The position numbers and the translations under genes were made by a program. Shown piece by piece: positions 28,545 to 38,589 of a DNA stretch of 64,000 bases. The notes under the pieces were generated by a model, which saw only the letters and a program-made list of their open reading frames with translations, made no database searches and was not told where the DNA came from. Location: contig CAMCDS010000002.1 of the NCBI GenBank assembly GCA_945873625.1, forward strand, positions 21,354 to 85,353, written 5' to 3'. This DNA is from an uncultured Porphyromonadaceae bacterium. GTDB taxonomy: Bacteria > Bacteroidota > Bacteroidia > Bacteroidales > Muribaculaceae. Each line of letters opens with the position of its first letter. The stretch's first letter is position 1.

Positions 28545-29381
28545 TCAGTCGGAAATAAGCTCGTAGTCCGAGGGACTGATCCACCCCTCCACGCGCGAAT
28601 TAAGTCGCACTTTGTACCATGCCACTTCACCCGACGAATCGAGCTGCTCCTCTTCCACTGTGAGCCTGGTGCCCTGATTGAGGGTCGGACCGGTGGATTT
28701 GCCCCCGGCCTCTGGTGTCTTGAGCAGGCTGACGCGGTAGGCTGTAACTACCCCTTCCCTATCGCTGTTGAACTCCGAGGCCGCGACAAACGACAGCGCG
28801 ATGAATACAACAGTGAAGAAAAGGAACGCAATCGAACTGAAGAATCCGGCCTTGCGGAGAGCAACGTTGCGGCTGAATATATAAAGCGCCACAGCTCCGA
28901 TAAGGAGTGCGAAGGCCATGGCAGCGAGTATGGCCCAGCTGTCGGACGATGTCTCGACGGCTACGCTGTTGTGGACTGATTCGAAAAACGACGGCACGTC
29001 TTGCGCAAGGAGCTCTTTGTCTTTCCCGGCCGTGGCCACATTGGCGTCGTTCACCTTCGAGGCTATGTAGGCGAGGTTGTTTTCAATCTCTTTATTGCCC
29101 GGATCGAGGCGTCGGGCTTTCTCATAGCAAAGACGCGCCCGGCCCATGTTGCCGGCCTTCACATAGCAGTTGCCGAGATTGAAGAGCGACGAGGCCGAGA
29201 CTCCGTGCATCTCCATCACATTCTCGTAGATTTCTATGGCGCCGGCGTAGTCGCCTGCATTGTAGGCGGAATCGGCTACGAGTATCCCCGAAATGGCGTC
29301 TTTCGTGTCGGCTCTGCCTGCGAGCGGAAGCAGAAGCATGATGACCGACAGAAGCAATATGATGTGTTTATTCTTTTTCAT
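28545..29381 (-). CDS. batE: BatE (TPR + TM segments + SH3-like C-terminus)
   Basis: ADSAYNAGDY, FNLGNCY.KAG..GRA.LCYEKA, C-terminal WYKVRL...EGWI; position in the bat cluster. Confidence 0.88.
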   Translation of the reverse strand: MKKNKHIILLLSVIMLLLPLAGRADTKDAISGILVADSAYNAGDYAGAIEIYENVMEMHGVSASSLFNLGNCYVKAGNMGRARLCYEKARRLDPGNKEIENNLAYIASKVNDANVATAGKDKELLAQDVPSFFESVHNSVAVETSSDSWAILAAMAFALLIGAVALYIFSRNVALRKAGFFSSIAFLFFTVVFIALSFVAASEFNSDREGVVTAYRVSLLKTPEAGGKSTGPTLNQGTRLTVEEEQLDSSGEVAWYKVRLNSRVEGWISPSDYELISD

Positions 29382-31377
29382 CGAGCGTCTCTTCTATTTT
29401 GTCAGGTGTCTCCTCTTTCTGTGAGAGTGTGGGTTGAGTGGCTTTCCGCGCAGCCTCCACGTCCTTGCGGAGTTGAGTAGAGCTGTTGAGCTCGCGGTCG
29501 AGCTTTTCGGTAAGTGTGGAAGTCAGTTTCTCCTCCTTGCCGTCGGCGGGAGACGCCTTGCGGAAGGCTTCTTCAAGTTCGGAGATTACCTCGGTGGCCT
29601 GCTTATAAAGGTTGTCCATATTCATCCCGTTGGCTAACGGGGTGTATTTGGCATATTCACAGTCGTCGAGCAGACCGAGCACTTTGCCTATCACGCCATC
29701 CGGAATGCGCGACTCTTCAAGGCGCTGACGCACGTTGTCGCGGGTAAGCTCGGATGTTGGCATCTTCAGCTTATGGGCGATGTATCCCCACAGAGCACGA
29801 AGCATCTCGTCGTAGAATCGTGATGCGTCGCCCTTCTTCATGCACAATTCTGCCTTTTTGAGGCGTTTCTTTGCTATCTTACCCGCACGGCGGCTCTTTA
29901 TGGCGTCGATGTTGGCCATGTCTTTGAGTCTCTTGCGGTAGATGAGCGCCGAAGCTACCAGCGCGGCGAAGAGGAGCGCGTAGATAACCCAGTAAGTCCA
30001 TGTATAAATCCATGGAGTATGGTCAGACGAGAGGGAGTCGCCTACGGGCATGAGGTCAGGGAGGAAACGCAGGCGGTCGCGTGTCTGCGATTTGGCCGAA
30101 GCCTTACCTTTGCCTACATTCACCGTGTAGCCTTTGGCCGAGACGTGCTGGTATTTTCCGGTTGCCGGATTAAAGAAGCAGAGGTTTACGGCCGGAAGTT
30201 TGAATGTTCCTTCCTCGAGGGGGATGAGAGTATAGTCGAAGGTAGCCGTACCTTCCACATTCGTTGCGCCAACGTTGGCCTTTACGTCTGTCTCGGGCGA
30301 ATAAACTTCAATCTCCGAGGGGAAAAGCGCATTGAGTTCGGGAAGTTTCAGATACTTGATGTTGCCTGTTCCCTTCACCGTGTAGACTATCGACGAGCCC
30401 TGATTGGTCAGCATCGACGACGAGGGAAGCGATGAAGTTATGGTGAAGTTGCCGACACCTCCCGAGAAATCAGCCGGCTGAGGCTGAGGCAGGGGCTTCA
30501 CGTCAATCACGAGGTCGTTGGGCGTAACGTTGAGCTGCAACGGGGACGACATCGACATGCTTCCCCAGAAGGGGTCGTGGTAATACTCACGCTGGTCGAC
30601 GCTGACAGTATAGGTGTTGCCTATCACTTTCAGCTTGCCCTGCATCTGCGGGAAAATGATATAGCGTGCTATTATAGCCGTGGCGTAGGTCTTTCCCTGA
30701 TAGGTCTCGAACGAAAGTGAGTTGGAGATGGCTTTCGACTCCTCGACTACAAAGCCTTCGAACTTCGGAGAGGCTGTGGCTCCGATAAACTTGATTCCGT
30801 CGTAGCTCGTGTAGAGTTTCACAGTATATACGAGTGCTTCCTGCTCGTAGGCCGCAGTCTTGCTGACGGAGGCGCGGAGAAAGAGGTTGCCGTCGCCTTT
30901 GCCGATGAATTTAGGCTTTGAGCTGTCGGCATCCTGTGCTCCGGATTGCGAGGCCGAGGCGGAGGGGTAATGCCGGGGCTCGGAAGCGGCTTTTCCGACG
31001 GTGTACTTCACCGTGTTGCTCTTCATGCCGCCGACTGTAACCGGGCCGAAGGTATATGTGCCTTCCTTGGTGGCCTTGGCTGTAAGAGTCCATGTGGTCG
31101 ACCGGCTCTGACTTACCTGCCCGTTGACGTTCGAATAGCTTGAGCTTTGCCCCGTGCGTTCGAAGTAGAGCATCTTGGCTCCGGGTATCGAGGCGGGGCG
31201 CGACGGAGCAGCGTCGGAGTTTGAAATCTCGTAGGTGATATAAAAACGCTCTCCGACACCAATGGAACGCTGGCCGCGCGGCATTGAGACGGAGAGATGC
31301 ACCGATGCCCCCGATGCCGGTAAGATTACCGACAGGAGCATCAGCAGGGGTAATATCTTTAACAACGCTCTTTTCAT
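29368..31377 (-). CDS. batD: BatD
   Basis: Signal peptide, repeated Ig-like modules, FSGGVGNF, FFNPATGKY, C-terminal TM and ALWGYIAHKL..PTSELTRDNV. Confidence 0.9.
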   Translation of the reverse strand: MKRALLKILPLLMLLSVILPASGASVHLSVSMPRGQRSIGVGERFYITYEISNSDAAPSRPASIPGAKMLYFERTGQSSSYSNVNGQVSQSRSTTWTLTAKATKEGTYTFGPVTVGGMKSNTVKYTVGKAASEPRHYPSASASQSGAQDADSSKPKFIGKGDGNLFLRASVSKTAAYEQEALVYTVKLYTSYDGIKFIGATASPKFEGFVVEESKAISNSLSFETYQGKTYATAIIARYIIFPQMQGKLKVIGNTYTVSVDQREYYHDPFWGSMSMSSPLQLNVTPNDLVIDVKPLPQPQPADFSGGVGNFTITSSLPSSSMLTNQGSSIVYTVKGTGNIKYLKLPELNALFPSEIEVYSPETDVKANVGATNVEGTATFDYTLIPLEEGTFKLPAVNLCFFNPATGKYQHVSAKGYTVNVGKGKASAKSQTRDRLRFLPDLMPVGDSLSSDHTPWIYTWTYWVIYALLFAALVASALIYRKRLKDMANIDAIKSRRAGKIAKKRLKKAELCMKKGDASRFYDEMLRALWGYIAHKLKMPTSELTRDNVRQRLEESRIPDGVIGKVLGLLDDCEYAKYTPLANGMNMDNLYKQATEVISELEEAFRKASPADGKEEKLTSTLTEKLDRELNSSTQLRKDVEAARKATQPTLSQKEETPDKIEETLDEKE

Positions 31378-31466
31378 TGTCTGGTGTGGGTTCTATTGAA
31401 ATAACGAAGAAAACGGGGCAAAGTTGCCTCCCGGAGCGGGGATTTAAAGAGTGGTTTCCTTAATGG

Positions 31467-32393
31467 TCAGATACTATGCAATATAACCGGACCGGAAGGA
31501 ATCTCCGTCTCTTCCACCTTTATGGTAAGGCTCTTCGACTCCACCGTGCGGTAGCGGCGCGAGGCCGGGTCGAAAAAAGTGAATTTCACGGGGGCTATGA
31601 CAAACTCCCCCGCTTCAGGCACCGACAGATGGCAGTCAGCCACAAGCTCACTTCTGAGCTTATCGCCTTCGGCTATCGATCCGGTTTCAGCTGTCTGCGA
31701 TTTGAGTGTGATTCCCGACGGAAGCGACAGACGCACGTCGGGCGCATCATCCTCCTCAAGCAGTCCGGTCCCTTTTATGCGGAACTGTACCAGCGCCGTG
31801 CCTCCGGAATATATCTCTCCGGGGGGAACGCTCCCCTCGATGGTGAAATCACCTATCGCTCCCGTAAAGGTCTCGGGCTCGGCAGGAAGACGGCTCACTT
31901 TCCTCTTCAGGGGTTTGGTGGATACTATCTGCTCGTCGACATATTTCTGCCTTACATTGCCGTAGAAGGGGTGGTCGTAGGTAGTATAACCGGGTATTCC
32001 GACAGAGAAGTCGATGGAGGGAATCTCGACTTCGTCGGCATCGTTGACGAGCAGCATGGCTCTGTAGACGACTGCCTGATATTCATTCTTCCCTTTCCCC
32101 TTGCGTTCGAGCATGCCGTCGTCTGTATTAGCCCGGCGCACTCTCAGCAGTGTGAGCCCGCCTACCTCAAAGGGGCGGTAAAGGTCGACAAACTCTATGT
32201 CGGGCGAAGATGAATAAAACTTCACCGTCAGACACACGGTCTGCCCCTGATACAATTTCCCTTCGGTAAGGCTTGTCTCCACGCGCATCGAGGCTGCCGA
32301 ATCGGCCAGCAGTGTGGCAACGGCTGTCAGCAGTGTCAACGCGAGCAGACGTCTGCTTATTCTGAGGCTGATACTTTTCAATCTTCGGTTCAT
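31467..32393 (-). CDS. Short BatD-family paralog
   Basis: Signal peptide; aligns by eye to the middle of BatD (TVKFYS, DHPFYG, FTGAIGDFTI, IKGTG, FFDPASRRY); no C-terminal TM. Confidence 0.75.
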   Translation of the reverse strand: MNRRLKSISLRISRRLLALTLLTAVATLLADSAASMRVETSLTEGKLYQGQTVCLTVKFYSSSPDIEFVDLYRPFEVGGLTLLRVRRANTDDGMLERKGKGKNEYQAVVYRAMLLVNDADEVEIPSIDFSVGIPGYTTYDHPFYGNVRQKYVDEQIVSTKPLKRKVSRLPAEPETFTGAIGDFTIEGSVPPGEIYSGGTALVQFRIKGTGLLEEDDAPDVRLSLPSGITLKSQTAETGSIAEGDKLRSELVADCHLSVPEAGEFVIAPVKFTFFDPASRRYRTVESKSLTIKVEETEIPSGPVILHSI

Positions 32394-32420
32394 TCGGGTT
32401 GAGAGGGTTTACAGTTGCCG

Positions 32421-33185
32421 TCACCAGTTCTTTCTGCCACGAGCCTTTTCTCCCGCCTCTTTGCCCTGATTGGCGGCGTTGACGCGGGCACGGGTGGCAT
32501 TCTCTTTGTTTTCCATCGCTTTAAGAATCTGTTCGGCAGTGTTGTTGCTCATAGAGTTGTCCTGCTGCTTCTGATCCTTGTTCTGGTTCTGCTGCTGGTC
32601 CTGGTTCTTGTTTTTATCCTGATTCTTCTCCTGGTCTTTCTTGTCCTGGTCTTTTTTATCCTGGTCCTTGTTCTGGTCTTTGTTCTTATCCTTATTCTGA
32701 TCCTGCAGCTTCTTCTGGGCTATGCGCAGATTGCGGCGTGCGGTGTCGTCGTCGGGATTGAAACGGAGCGACTGCTTGTAGAAGTCAATGGCCTCCTTGT
32801 AGTTCTGACCGTTGAATGCGATGTTGCCTAAGTTGTAGGCTGCGTACGACGCCAGCTTGGGATTGGCTCCTCCAATCTGCATCACGTTTGCCATACCTTC
32901 GCGTCCGCTCTTTGAGAGTTTCTCCCTCTCTTCTTCCTTCACTCCCGGCATGGCAGCCATCTTCAGGTGGGCCAGCGCAAGGTTGAAGCGTGCTTCCGAA
33001 CTCTGCGGATTCTCGGCCACCGCCATCTGATATTGTGTGGCGGCTTCCTTGAACTTCGATTCCTTATATAGCTTGTTGCCGGCAGAGATAAGCTTGCGCT
33101 CCTTGCGTGTAGACTCCGCAGAGACTGTGAACGCGCATCCGGCCATCACCGCAACGGCAATCAGAACAGACAATAACCTTTTCAT
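32421..33185 (-). CDS. batC: BatC (TPR protein with K/D/Q/N low-complexity linker)
   Basis: GNKLYK, YNLGN, YKQSLRFNPDDDTARRNL, AEQILKAMENKE. Confidence 0.88.
   Translation of the reverse strand: MKRLLSVLIAVAVMAGCAFTVSAESTRKERKLISAGNKLYKESKFKEAATQYQMAVAENPQSSEARFNLALAHLKMAAMPGVKEEEREKLSKSGREGMANVMQIGGANPKLASYAAYNLGNIAFNGQNYKEAIDFYKQSLRFNPDDDTARRNLRIAQKKLQDQNKDKNKDQNKDQDKKDQDKKDQEKNQDKNKNQDQQQNQNKDQKQQDNSMSNNTAEQILKAMENKENATRARVNAANQGKEAGEKARGRKNW
32560..32705 (-). repeat. Low-complexity coding repeat (KDQ/KNK/DQN units) in batC
   Basis: DQNKDKNKDQNKDQDKKDQDKKDQEKNQDKNKNQDQQQNQNKDQKQQ. Confidence 0.8.
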
Positions 33186-34231
33186 TTGTTGTCCTCCTTC
33201 TTGAAGAACGTAATTTTAGCGAGCCAGCTGTTCTTACGTTCCATGATAACTACATTAATGATAATCAGAGCGAATGCAATCCACAGGAATATGGGGAAGA
33301 GCTCCACATGGAGGGCACTGAAACTTGTCTCCAGAGCGGTTTTCTTCACTGTGTCGAGCTGCTTCGAAAGCTCGTTGAGAGCGTCGTTGTTGGCTGCATT
33401 CACATAGATACCCTTTCCGGATCCTGCTATCTTCGCCGCCAGGTCTTCGTTAAGCGCCGTCTCTACCGGAGCGCCGGTGGTAGGATCGATAAGGTATTCG
33501 CCCCTGCCGGTCGGTACTTTCACGGCAGCCGACGAACCTACTCCTATGACGTCGAGCTGAATACCTCGTTTCCCGCAGTTTTCGGCCGCCTTCATCACGC
33601 CATCCTCGTCGTCGAGCTCCTCGGCGTCGGTAATCACTACAAGAGCCTTGCCCACCTTCTTATTCTCGGAGAAGGAGCGCTCGGCAAGGTCGATGGCCGC
33701 ACCGATGTTGGTGCCCTGATTTGAAATCTGCGAGGGGTCGATTGAGTTCAGAAACATCTTGGCGGAGACATAGTCGCTCGTAACCGGTATAAGCGTATAG
33801 GCATTGCCGGCAAACACTATGAGGCCCACGCGGTCGTTGTCGAGGCGGTTGATTAGCTTCTCAAGCATCAGTTTGCCCTGACGCATACGGCTGACACCCT
33901 CCCCCTCGGCTGAGGCGGGAGCAAGCATCGAGTTGCTGGCGTCGACGGCAATGATTACTTCGATACCTTCCTTCACCGACTTCTCATCCTGCAATCCGCC
34001 CCAGGGACGGGCAGCGCCGAGGATAAGGGCAGTGAGAGCCAGCATGGCTACGGTCATCTTCAGCGGCGGCTTATAGGGAGATGCCTGCGGCATCAGTGTC
34101 CTGACAGCCGCTGAGTGTCCGAACTTATACAGTTTCCGCTTTCTCGCGTACCGCGCCCAGAAATAGAGCGTAACCAATACCGGCACGAGAAGAAGCAGCA
34201 ACAGAAGATATTTATATGCGAAACTGAACAT
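33182..34231 (-). CDS. batB: BatB (VWA domain)
   Basis: ARPWGG, MIDAS motif AVDASNSM, DRVGLIVFAG, PVTSDY, ITDAE. Confidence 0.9.
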   Translation of the reverse strand: MFSFAYKYLLLLLLLVPVLVTLYFWARYARKRKLYKFGHSAAVRTLMPQASPYKPPLKMTVAMLALTALILGAARPWGGLQDEKSVKEGIEVIIAVDASNSMLAPASAEGEGVSRMRQGKLMLEKLINRLDNDRVGLIVFAGNAYTLIPVTSDYVSAKMFLNSIDPSQISNQGTNIGAAIDLAERSFSENKKVGKALVVITDAEELDDEDGVMKAAENCGKRGIQLDVIGVGSSAAVKVPTGRGEYLIDPTTGAPVETALNEDLAAKIAGSGKGIYVNAANNDALNELSKQLDTVKKTALETSFSALHVELFPIFLWIAFALIIINVVIMERKNSWLAKITFFKKEDNK

Positions 34232-34243
34232 ATACGAATATTA

Positions 34244-35221
34244 TTAAGGGAGTCGGCGGAGCAGAGTGAGACGCAACAGTATGGCAAGCGCGTAGAGGAC
34301 CACGGCTGCAAGAGTCCACGGCATGAAGTTCTCGTCGGCGCGGGTGTAGCGGTTCACGTCGAGCGTGGTCTTTTCGAGTTTGTCGATTTCGTCAAACACT
34401 TCCTGAAGCGTATGGCGGTCTTTGGCGCGGAAGTACTTGCCTCCGGTCTGCCGGGCAATTGAGCGAAGCGACTCCTCGTCGATTTTCGTCTCAATGGTAG
34501 TCGACGAGAATCCGTATGGATCCTGCACCTCAATAGTGCCGTTGGTACCTACGCCGATGGTGTATACCTTGATGCCTTTCTTGCGGGCTATCTCGGCGGC
34601 CGTGGAGGGAGGCACGTCGCCCGAGTTGTTCGATCCGTCGGTGAGGAGTATGATGCTCTTCGACTTGGCCTGTCCCGAAAGTAGACGGTTGACTGCGCTC
34701 GAAAGTCCGTCGCCTATGGCCGTTCCGTCGGCCAGGCTGCCGGGCTTCACGTTCTCCAGAGCGTTCACGAGGGCGGCGCGGTCGTTGGTGAGAGGCATGA
34801 GCGAGAGGCTCTCTCCGGCAAACACCACAAGCGCCATATTGTCATCCGTTCGGGAGTTGATGAAACGCTGGCTGATATTTTTGGCAGCGGTGAAGCGGTT
34901 GGGCTCAAGGTCGTTGGCCATCATGGAGCCTGAGATGTCGAGAGCAAGGGCTATGTCGGTGCCTTCGATGCGCGATGTGCGCATGTGGTCGTAGGTCTGG
35001 GGACGTGCCAGTGCAACTATCACGCAGGCAAGCGCACCCATCTCCATAGCGAAGACAACGTGCATCATCCATACCTTCCAGCTGACAGGGAGCTTTGCGA
35101 ACGCTGAAAGCGACGACATTCCCATCGTGGGGTTGGCACCCTTCCATTTCCAAATATAGTAGGCCACGAGGGGCACGAGCACCGTCAGAAGCCAGAGCAG
35201 GCCGGGATGTTTGAACATCAT
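34244..35221 (-). CDS. batA: BatA (VWA domain)
   Basis: ALARPQ, LDISGSM (MIDAS), GTAIGDGL, LLTDGSNNSG, IKVYTIGVG, TGGKYFRA. Confidence 0.93.
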   Translation of the reverse strand: MMFKHPGLLWLLTVLVPLVAYYIWKWKGANPTMGMSSLSAFAKLPVSWKVWMMHVVFAMEMGALACVIVALARPQTYDHMRTSRIEGTDIALALDISGSMMANDLEPNRFTAAKNISQRFINSRTDDNMALVVFAGESLSLMPLTNDRAALVNALENVKPGSLADGTAIGDGLSSAVNRLLSGQAKSKSIILLTDGSNNSGDVPPSTAAEIARKKGIKVYTIGVGTNGTIEVQDPYGFSSTTIETKIDEESLRSIARQTGGKYFRAKDRHTLQEVFDEIDKLEKTTLDVNRYTRADENFMPWTLAAVVLYALAILLRLTLLRRLP

Positions 35222-36297
35222 GACTCACCCCCTTCCTTTTTCTTGTCAGGCTGTCCGGCACCATTCTTCAATCCTTTCGCAGGAAGGTCGATGCCTGTCT
35301 TTATATTCTCTTCGGGGTCGATGTCGCCTTTGTCTTTGTCGGTCTCATCGGCGGGGGCCGGTTTCGTCTCCTCCACGAAGCACACGGCATTATCGAAGGC
35401 CGATATATTGTCGGCAGGGAGAGGACGCACTTTGGCAAACTTCACGAAGTCGGCCACATCGAGAATTTCGCGTATATATCCGCGCTTCTCCTTCACCTCG
35501 GGGTTGGCCGAGAGTGAGGCGATAATCTCGCTTGAAGTCATCTCAAGAGCATTGATGCCGAACCGCTTTTCAAGATACTCGCGAAGTATATCGGTCAGGA
35601 ACGTGAAGTATTCCTTCTCCATACCCTGTTCCCAGAGTTTGCGGCTCTTCAGATTGTCGAGACGCTGCATTGCCACCTGATAAGGGTCGGGAGCCGGCTT
35701 CTTGCGGAGCACTACCCCGCCTTGCTTCCTGTATCGGCGCATGCCGATGATGAAAAGCGCGATGAGGATGAGGAGCGCCAGCCAGAGCCACCACAGGTCG
35801 AGCATCCAGTCGGGGAGAAAGTCGAACAGCTTACCCTTGGGACTGACAGGACCGGCAAAGTCGGAAATCTGGGCATCGGCACTCACAGGTACAGGTATCA
35901 CCTTGAGCGACAGCTCAGTGGTCCGCGCCGTATCGCGGTCGCTGACATAGACGAACTGAGGCAGTCGGTAAGTGCCGGAATCGAAGACCTGCACAGGTAC
36001 GTGCCAGTCTATCTGCACCATACCGGAGCCTATGGAGGATGTGTCGCGTGCTATGGAAGTGCGGAGTTCCACCGTGTCGCCGCAGACGGTAACATAACCG
36101 TCGGCGGGAGCCTGGGAGAAGATTGTGAATCCACCTTTACGTCCCTCGGGCTGCACCACCTGCAGATGAAGCGTATTCATGCGCCCCATCAGCATCTGTA
36201 CGGAGTCGAGACGTGCGCTGACGCTTATTTCCGCACCGTGGGCGGTGAGGGCTCCGATGAGCGCCACGAGCGCCAATATGTGCTTATGAATTCTCAT
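35218..36297 (-). CDS. Conserved Bat-cluster membrane protein
   Basis: Signal peptide, central TM, LREYLEKRFGINALEMTSSEII, ADFVKFAK; ATGA overlap with batA. Confidence 0.8.
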   Translation of the reverse strand: MRIHKHILALVALIGALTAHGAEISVSARLDSVQMLMGRMNTLHLQVVQPEGRKGGFTIFSQAPADGYVTVCGDTVELRTSIARDTSSIGSGMVQIDWHVPVQVFDSGTYRLPQFVYVSDRDTARTTELSLKVIPVPVSADAQISDFAGPVSPKGKLFDFLPDWMLDLWWLWLALLILIALFIIGMRRYRKQGGVVLRKKPAPDPYQVAMQRLDNLKSRKLWEQGMEKEYFTFLTDILREYLEKRFGINALEMTSSEIIASLSANPEVKEKRGYIREILDVADFVKFAKVRPLPADNISAFDNAVCFVEETKPAPADETDKDKGDIDPEENIKTGIDLPAKGLKNGAGQPDKKKEGGES

Positions 36298-36350
36298 AAG
36301 TCGGATTTTATATTATTATTTTTCACAAATGAAGTCGGGGTCGGCCGGAC

Positions 36351-37223
36351 TCAGTGTCCGCGTCTCCTGAACAAGGCGAGAAGCGCCTTCACGTAATCTT
36401 CGTCGGTGGCTATCGACGCGAGATCCACGCCGCAGCGGGCCACAGTCGACGAGAGCTTCTGCTGCCGGGCGTACCATTCGCGCTCGTAGAGCTTTCTGAC
36501 TTTGGCCGACGAAGTGTCGACCCAACGCTCGGCACCTGTCTCCATATCCTTCATGCGGATCAGTCCGATGGCCGGCAGCTGCGAATCGCGCCTGTCGTAA
36601 ATCTGAATTGCTGCAAGGTCGTGCTTACGGTTGGCAATCGACATGCTTGAGAAGAAGTCGTGGTCGTCGATAAAATCGCTTATCAGAAAGGCCGCCGAAC
36701 GCTTTTTGAGCGCATTCGTGAGGAAGCGGAGGGCAACGTCGATGTCAGTGCCGTTGCTTTCCGGCTGAAAATTGATTATCTCGCGGATGATGAGCAGGAT
36801 ATGCTTCCGTCCCTTCTTGGGCGGGATGAACTTCTCGATTTTGTCGCTGAAAAAGATTACGCCGACCTTGTCGTTGTTCTGTATCGACGAAAAAGCGAGA
36901 GTAGCCGCAAGTTCGGCCATCACCTCTTTCTTTGAATCGCCGCAGGCACCGAAATCACGGCTGCCGCTGACGTCGATGAGAAGCATCACCGTCAGTTCGC
37001 GCTCCTCCTCATATACTTTCACGAAGGGTTTGTTGTGGCGTGCGGTAACGTTCCAGTCGATGTCGCGGATATCGTCGCCCGGCTGATATTCGCGCACTTC
37101 GGAGAACGTTACGCCGCGTCCTTTGAAAGCGGTGTGGTATTCACCGGCGAAAATATTCTGGCTCAGTCCGCGGGTCTTGATTTCTATCTGCCTGACTTTG
37201 CGTAAAAGTTCGTTGGCATCCAT
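36351..37223 (-). CDS. DUF58 family protein
   Basis: FKGRGVTFSEVREYQPGDDIRDIDWNVTAR, EERELTV, IDVSGS, ISDF; start set at ATG 37223. Confidence 0.93.
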   Translation of the reverse strand: MDANELLRKVRQIEIKTRGLSQNIFAGEYHTAFKGRGVTFSEVREYQPGDDIRDIDWNVTARHNKPFVKVYEEERELTVMLLIDVSGSRDFGACGDSKKEVMAELAATLAFSSIQNNDKVGVIFFSDKIEKFIPPKKGRKHILLIIREIINFQPESNGTDIDVALRFLTNALKKRSAAFLISDFIDDHDFFSSMSIANRKHDLAAIQIYDRRDSQLPAIGLIRMKDMETGAERWVDTSSAKVRKLYEREWYARQQKLSSTVARCGVDLASIATDEDYVKALLALFRRRGH

Positions 37224-37258
37224 GGGCAACTATGCTGATTCGTGTGGTAAAAGCGTGG

Positions 37259-37290
37259 GGCGGACAGCGCGGTGGCCGCGTCTGTCCGCC
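37259..37290. other. GC-rich intra-operon hairpin between moxR and DUF58
   Basis: GGCGGACAGCGCGG-TGG-CCGCG(T)CTGTCCGCC; no U-tract. Confidence 0.55.
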
Positions 37291-37298
37291 GTGCGCGG

Positions 37299-38294
<996 letters not shown>

Positions 38295-38406
38295 ATCTGT
38301 TTTGAAGTAAGTTATATTTAAAGTGGGCCGAGTGGGTCGGCTTTCCTTGATGGTTATTCTGTTTCGTATAGTGGTCGGGCCTGGCGTCGAGCGCCGTAAA
38401 CCACCG

Positions 38407-38414
38407 CAAAAATA
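38407..38414 (-). promoter_or_regulatory. -7 element TATTTTTG for the moxR-bat operon
   Basis: Exact TAnnTTTG match in an AT-rich intergenic region. Confidence 0.5.
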
Positions 38415-38589
38415 CTGAATTATTCGCTTACGGAGATAATTTTATGAGTTAAATAATATTGTCCAAACCGATAAGAATCTTAAAATTTCTTATTAACGTT
38501 TTTAACAAGTACTTTTACCGATTGATTATCAGCGTATAATCCGCAAACGATATTTTCGGCGTCGAAATGCCGGATGCGTATCATTGCAT

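Noticed and set aside
32415-32831. Very hydrophobic ORF (LLVLVLVFIL...) that looks like a membrane peptide
   Set aside because: It is the antisense reading of the KDQ/N low-complexity linker of batC.
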